Below are positions 15,331-20,000 of a stretch of 20,000 bases of DNA, piece by piece. The notes beneath the pieces were generated by a model. The model was not told where the DNA came from and did not search any database. It worked only from the letters and a program-made list of their open reading frames with translations. Source of the stretch: Halorussus marinus (lineage in GTDB: Archaea; Halobacteriota; Halobacteria; Halobacteriales; Haladaptataceae); contig NZ_SBIV01000003.1 in NCBI RefSeq assembly GCF_004765795.1, forward strand, positions 419,318 to 439,317, given 5' to 3'. Within the stretch, counting starts at the first letter, position 1, and each line of letters opens with the position of its first letter. The translations under genes were made by a program, and so were the position numbers.

Positions 15331-16563
15331 ATGACCGAATTCAGTACAGCAGCACTCCTTGAGGCAGAGGTATCGTCAGCCAGCCTTCGAGCGGCCCGTG
15401 ACGACATCGAGTCCGAGCTCGAGAACGCTCTGACTGTCGACGTGAACGCCTCGGCCCAGCTCGCAAACGACGGGGGTGGCGAGCGGGCTTCGCGGGAGCG
15501 GGCGATGTCCCGTCAACTGCTCGACTCTCAGACTGAATCTCTCTCGGAGATCCAGGAGGATCTAGAGGAGCCGCCAGTACTCGACGAGTGGGAGATCGAG
15601 CACGACCTCAGCCGGACTCGGAACGATTTGCTCCGGAACATGAATGATTCTATCGAGAAAGGCAACCTCTCCAGCCGGGGCGGAGGCGGTGGTAGCCTGC
15701 TGGGGTCGATCGGCGGCGTTCTATCGGTATCCTCACTTCTCGGATCCGTCAGTATCGGAGTTGGGTCGCTGATCGCTTCTCGGGCGAGTCTCGAAGCATC
15801 GGATCTGATCAAGGATGCAGTGTCAATCGGTGAGGGCGCAGTCATCGAAGAAGGAGCGGACATCAGTGCCGCCGCGTTGGTTGCAAGCGGAGCGACGATC
15901 GCCGCGTCTGCGCTTATCGAAAACCCGCTCGGACTACAGGTGAGCGATCTCATCGAGGACGCTGTTGAACTCGTGCCAAGCGACCTCATCAGCGAGAAAG
16001 CCGACCCTCGCGGTGGGTCCGGCCCCACCAGCGATGGATCGGGGGCGATCGACCCGAGCACGATCGCCGGCGGAGCAGCCCTCGGCGCCGGCGGTGGGAT
16101 CGCCGCCTGGCTCGCCAGACAGGGCGGCGCCAGCTCCCTGATCGGCGGCGCCGGCGCGGGCGGAGCCGCCGGCGTCGGCATGCCCATCCTCACTCCCGAG
16201 ATGCTCCCCGAAGGGAGTGCGCTGCGGACGAACCCGCGGACGGGCGAGTCGGCGCCGCCGTCGATCCTCACCGAGCAGGGCCGCAAGGAGCGACTCGGCC
16301 CGATCGTCGACTTCATCACCGGCATCGCCGGCGGCGGCAGCGACGGCAAGGGCTCGACGTCCGGGTCGCAGGGATCGACGTCGTCGAACCAGGCCCGGGA
16401 CCGCAAGCGGGCCCGTCAAGAGATTACGTACTCGCCGACGTTCAAGCTGGACACGACCGAGCTGGAGCGACGGCAGCGCCAGGAGCTCCGGAAGCTCGAG
16501 CGCCGCATCCAAGAGCTGGAGAACGGCCTTACAGGCGGCAGCGGCGGCCTTCCCGGCCGATAG
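15331..16563 (+). CDS. Tape measure protein (short, 410 aa)
   Basis: Follows the frameshifting chaperone; helical N-terminus, Ala/Gly/Ser-rich hydrophobic repeats, C-terminal ITYSPTFKLD plus coiled coil. Confidence 0.65.
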   Translation: MTEFSTAALLEAEVSSASLRAARDDIESELENALTVDVNASAQLANDGGGERASRERAMSRQLLDSQTESLSEIQEDLEEPPVLDEWEIEHDLSRTRNDLLRNMNDSIEKGNLSSRGGGGGSLLGSIGGVLSVSSLLGSVSIGVGSLIASRASLEASDLIKDAVSIGEGAVIEEGADISAAALVASGATIAASALIENPLGLQVSDLIEDAVELVPSDLISEKADPRGGSGPTSDGSGAIDPSTIAGGAALGAGGGIAAWLARQGGASSLIGGAGAGGAAGVGMPILTPEMLPEGSALRTNPRTGESAPPSILTEQGRKERLGPIVDFITGIAGGGSDGKGSTSGSQGSTSSNQARDRKRARQEITYSPTFKLDTTELERRQRQELRKLERRIQELENGLTGGSGGLPGR

Positions 16564-16611
16564 CTGGCCGTTCTAGCCACCCCGTGATTCCGTTTTCAGT
16601 ACTAATCATCC

Positions 16612-17229
16612 ATGAGTAGCTACGACAAAGCCAAGCTGACACTCCCGCCGTGCGACCCCGCAAACTCGGGGAACGACGTCACTGGAACGTTCGTGTTCGA
16701 GGGCAACCTCACCATCGAAATGGGTACGCGCACCGGGTTCATCTTCGACGGTGCCGGAAGCTCCATCAACAGCATCCTCTCCAGCTGGTACGAGGACGCC
16801 ACCGGCGAGGAACTCTCGGGGAACGGTAAACGACAGGGACTCTACCTCGATCTCGGCGGCGGCATCCACTTCGCGGAGATCTCGTTCCAGGGTGTCGAGG
16901 GCTGGACGGGCAGCGACAGCCAGTGGGGTGACACCGGTGACCCATCCCAGGTAACTCCAACGGATGCCACAGCAGCGAACGCGATCACCCAGCTGCAGGT
17001 CCTCGACCGCTACCTCCAGGTCTGCACGATTGACAGCGCCTCGACCGCCACGCTCGAGGTCGGCGAGTACAGCACGAACGGCCTCTACGATCCCCTGCAG
17101 GTGGTCGTCGAGAGCCCGCGGTTCACCTTCGACGCCGAAGAGCAGTCGAGCGTCTTCGACGGCAGCCTCACGTTCCTCGAGGCGGCGAGTCTCACGGAAG
17201 CGATTGACGGTCGCAACCAGCGGGAATAA
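16612..17229 (+). CDS. Minor tail protein (possible distal-tail protein)
   Basis: 205 aa acidic beta-rich ORF directly after the tape measure gene; function inferred from synteny only. Confidence 0.55.
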   Translation: MSSYDKAKLTLPPCDPANSGNDVTGTFVFEGNLTIEMGTRTGFIFDGAGSSINSILSSWYEDATGEELSGNGKRQGLYLDLGGGIHFAEISFQGVEGWTGSDSQWGDTGDPSQVTPTDATAANAITQLQVLDRYLQVCTIDSASTATLEVGEYSTNGLYDPLQVVVESPRFTFDAEEQSSVFDGSLTFLEAASLTEAIDGRNQRE

Positions 17230-17235
17230 CGATTC

Positions 17236-18423
17236 ATGACGACACGATACCTCGGCCCGATCGAGATCCCGGCGGACAGCCTCACGAACAGCCAAGGCCA
17301 GCGCCGCCAGCGCCTCGCTAAACAGGGCCTGCTCGGAGACATCAACGGCTCCGTCGAGAGCATCTCCAGCGAGCCCAACGAGTTCACGGTCACCGGCCAG
17401 TACCGGGGTCGGTTCGCGGAGAAGCTCGCGACCGAACTGGAGGAGCTGTTCGACGCGGGCCCCGAGATCGGGCCGGTGCCGTTCTACGGCGTCGACGAGA
17501 CACCACAGGACGGCTACTACTCGCTGGAGAACATCGATTCGAATCGCGTGGATCCGCGGACGCCGGCTGCGCAGGCGTTTGATGGCCGGCTCACCTTCGA
17601 GGGAACGCGTGAGAACAGCCGCCGTGCGGTTTCGACATCGGTCGCGCAAGTCGAGAACGACTTCGGCAACGACCAGACCGCGCTCGTCGGCCTCCCCGAG
17701 TCGGCCACGGATGTCTGGTGGTTCGACGTGGAGAGCAAGCAGACTGAGCAGGTCTCTGTCGTCGAGACGCGCGCTGGCGAACACGGCCAAGTGGATGTCG
17801 TCGACGCGCTCGCAAGCTCGTTCGAGAACCCTCATCTGATCTATGATGCCGCGTTGGACGCCGAGTGGCGGACAGATATTCAGGTGTGGGATACACGCGG
17901 TCATGCGGACAAGACCGACTCAAACGGGTATGTCCAGTGGGGACGAGTGTTCGCGCCCAGCCACACCTTCGCGGAGGATGTGATCGTGTCGAATCGGATC
18001 GTCCGGCTGCGGCTCGGCGAGAGCCTCACAGTCGAGGAGTACGACGATAGTGCGGGCGCGTGGACGGAGGTTGCGCTCGGTAGCTCAGACTGGATGCTCG
18101 ACGGCTGGGGAGTCACTCGGATCGGGCCGGCCCGAGTCGTCGTCCGGGTTCGGTTCGCGGACGCGATCGCGCCCGCGATCGTCGGTCAAGCGATTGTCGG
18201 CGAATCAACAGTCGGCACCACCTCAACCAACAACTATCAGGACTTCGAACTTGATGCAGTGTTGCATCGCGGCTGGCGACGCCCCCACTGGGTCGTCCCT
18301 GAGAACGAGACACCGCCGACGCCGTCGGGGCTCCAAGACTTGCTCGCCCCGGTCGCGTCTGGGAGCGACTACACCGCAGCCGAAACGCAGGGGGTCGTCA
18401 GCCGCGAGGAGGTGTGGCGCTAA
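17236..18423 (+). CDS. Minor tail protein
   Basis: 395 aa acidic ORF in the tail module; TAATG overlap with the next gene. Confidence 0.6.
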   Translation: MTTRYLGPIEIPADSLTNSQGQRRQRLAKQGLLGDINGSVESISSEPNEFTVTGQYRGRFAEKLATELEELFDAGPEIGPVPFYGVDETPQDGYYSLENIDSNRVDPRTPAAQAFDGRLTFEGTRENSRRAVSTSVAQVENDFGNDQTALVGLPESATDVWWFDVESKQTEQVSVVETRAGEHGQVDVVDALASSFENPHLIYDAALDAEWRTDIQVWDTRGHADKTDSNGYVQWGRVFAPSHTFAEDVIVSNRIVRLRLGESLTVEEYDDSAGAWTEVALGSSDWMLDGWGVTRIGPARVVVRVRFADAIAPAIVGQAIVGESTVGTTSTNNYQDFELDAVLHRGWRRPHWVVPENETPPTPSGLQDLLAPVASGSDYTAAETQGVVSREEVWR

Positions 18424-20000
18424 TGGCGACGACGATCGACGACTTCGACGACGGCAACCTCGACGAATACACTGGCGACACCGACGCGTTCACCATCGTG
18501 TCCAGCCCCACTCACGCGGGGTCGAACGCGCTCGAAGTCACCGGAGGCGGCGGCTACAGTATCTTCTCCACGAGCGGTCTGCCAGCGTATCCTGCTGCGG
18601 GAGACGCGTTCTCATTTCGACTGCGAGTCCAGGACTCAGACACTGGCACGTCGGGGATGTACTTCGGCGTCCAGGACACGAGCCGCTGGTATCGGGTGCG
18701 GTGGAACGCGGGTGAGCTCCAACTGCAGCGAGACGGCGAGCAGATCGCCGTGCAGTCTGGATCAGTGCCGACCGGCGAGTGGCTCCGGGTGTTAGTCAGT
18801 TGGAGTGCTGACGGCACGATCACGGCCGCCATCGCTGACGCGTCCGGCACCAGGCACGCCGCGGTCTCGGCGACCGACTCGACCTACACTGACGGCGGGA
18901 TCGGGTGGAGCCATTTCAACGGCGCGAGCTCGGAGACCGTCCGTTTTGACAGCGCGCAGATCGAGCCGGCGCCCGCAGCGCCGTCCAACATCTCGGCGAG
19001 CAACCCGACCCAGACGTCGGTTGACATCGAGTTCAGCGACAACGCGGCGACGGAGACCGGCTTCCGGCTGCTGCGAGCGCGCGAGTATGACTCTGACTGG
19101 GGGCCCTATCAGGTAGCCGTGGAACTCGACGCGGCCCCTGGCACGGGCACGGTCGCGGTCACGGACGACACCGTCTCGCCGGGGAACACGTACAAGTACA
19201 AGGCTGCGGCGTACAACGCGTCCGGGGCGTCCGAGAGCGGGGAGAGTGGCGTGGTGTCGACACCGAGTTCAGGGCGGCCGCGGACGCGGACGACGGCGTC
19301 GGGCTGGACTGTCGAGGTCGACCATCCAAGCGGGCGGACACTCCGCCCCAGGCTGCTCGACGATCCCGAAGCAAACCCTCGGGTGAACGATCTGCCTCGG
19401 ATCCGAGTGCCGGTCCCGAAAGACGAGACGTGGGCTTGTGAGGCGTTCGAGGAGGCCGACATGCGGGTGTGGGAGGACGGCCACAAACAGCCGATCGGGA
19501 CACTCGTCGACGTCGAACAGCAGCCCGACCGCACGATCCTGGTCGGCGAGGGCGGCCGCGAGCTCAAACAGCCGGTTGAGGCCGAGTACGACATCGAAGA
19601 CATCCACACCGCAGTCGAATCCCTCATCGAAAGCGAGACAAGCTATCAGGCGGACGTCGACCCGCCCGCTCAGACCGTCCGCCAGGACGTGCTGCAGAAG
19701 TCGATCGACACAGAGACGGACTGGTTGAACGACCTGAACACCGCGATCGCGAGCGACGAGCCGTGGCAGGTGACGAGTGATGGCCGGCTCCAGCGCAAGC
19801 AGACGAGCTGGACGCTCGAGGGCGAGACGTTCAGCGGTACCTCGGGGACTGACAGTTTCGAGAACTATTCGCAGGGCGAAGCGCTGTCGCTCGCGGACCT
19901 CATCACGTACGGCCCCTGGTCGTTCACCACCAACCACGACATCCCGGCCGGCGACTGGCGGATCGCACTCCGCTACCGTGTTGAGGGCGACACGGACTTC
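18423..20000 (+). CDS. Tail-tip/adhesin protein with lectin-like (ConA/LamG) and fibronectin type III domains; 3'-truncated
   Basis: Not in the ORF track. ATG at 18423, open for 526 codons to the window end (MATTIDDFDDGNLDEYTGD...GEWLRVLVSW...GGIGW; FN3 PAAPSNISASN...FSDNAATETGFRLLR...SPGNTYKYKAAAYNASGAS). Confidence 0.75.
   Translation, partial: MATTIDDFDDGNLDEYTGDTDAFTIVSSPTHAGSNALEVTGGGGYSIFSTSGLPAYPAAGDAFSFRLRVQDSDTGTSGMYFGVQDTSRWYRVRWNAGELQLQRDGEQIAVQSGSVPTGEWLRVLVSWSADGTITAAIADASGTRHAAVSATDSTYTDGGIGWSHFNGASSETVRFDSAQIEPAPAAPSNISASNPTQTSVDIEFSDNAATETGFRLLRAREYDSDWGPYQVAVELDAAPGTGTVAVTDDTVSPGNTYKYKAAAYNASGASESGESGVVSTPSSGRPRTRTTASGWTVEVDHPSGRTLRPRLLDDPEANPRVNDLPRIRVPVPKDETWACEAFEEADMRVWEDGHKQPIGTLVDVEQQPDRTILVGEGGRELKQPVEAEYDIEDIHTAVESLIESETSYQADVDPPAQTVRQDVLQKSIDTETDWLNDLNTAIASDEPWQVTSDGRLQRKQTSWTLEGETFSGTSGTDSFENYSQGEALSLADLITYGPWSFTTNHDIPAGDWRIALRYRVEGDTDF

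Larger units (their letters stand above)
1..20000 (+). mobile_element. Haloarchaeal tailed virus or provirus (siphovirus-like) replication and morphogenesis region
   Basis: Full terS-terL-portal-protease-MCP-neck-tail order, acidic proteome, archaeal TATA promoters, no sheath gene. No integrase or att site in the window, so free virus versus provirus is unresolved. Confidence 0.9.

Noticed and set aside
14898..16569. 9-bp direct repeat TAGCTGGCC at 14898 and 16561 flanking lipoprotein plus tape measure genes
   Set aside because: Both copies include stop codons at gene boundaries, but 9-mer repeats are expected by chance in 20 kb and no recombinase is visible.
16564..16611. Small hairpin plus TTTT between tape measure and next gene as terminator or promoter
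   Set aside because: Only a 4-bp stem and 4 Ts, and spacing to the ATG does not fit a TATA box.
1..20000. CRISPR arrays, tRNA/rRNA genes, IS elements, integrase/att sites, inteins, tail sheath
   Set aside because: No repeat-spacer arrays, RNA gene signatures, transposase, integrase or intein motifs, or sheath-sized gene seen.

Overview
This high-GC window encodes strongly acidic proteins on the + strand. It is the replication-to-tail portion of a haloarchaeal head-tail virus or provirus (Caudoviricetes; siphovirus-like because no tail sheath gene lies beside the tail tube). Gene order: 5'-truncated XPD/DinG-like SF2 helicase with C-terminal wHTH, small wHTH regulator, Zn-binding protein, three small membrane proteins plus a 46-aa Cys-rich ORF, terS (with an HhH domain), terL, portal fused to a KTSC domain, XkdF-type prohead protease/scaffold, HK97-type major capsid protein, head accessory and neck proteins, tail tube, tail assembly chaperone with a -1 frameshift site, short tape measure protein, two tail proteins and a 3'-truncated lectin/FN3 tail-tip protein. 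Most notable: the portal-KTSC fusion directly followed by a pseudoknot-like intergenic RNA, two moron-like genes with their own TATA boxes (a lipoprotein just before the tape measure gene, and an antisense gene spanned by a coupled sense ORF), and a candidate membrane lysis cassette. All calls come from motif recognition and synteny by eye; no database search was run.
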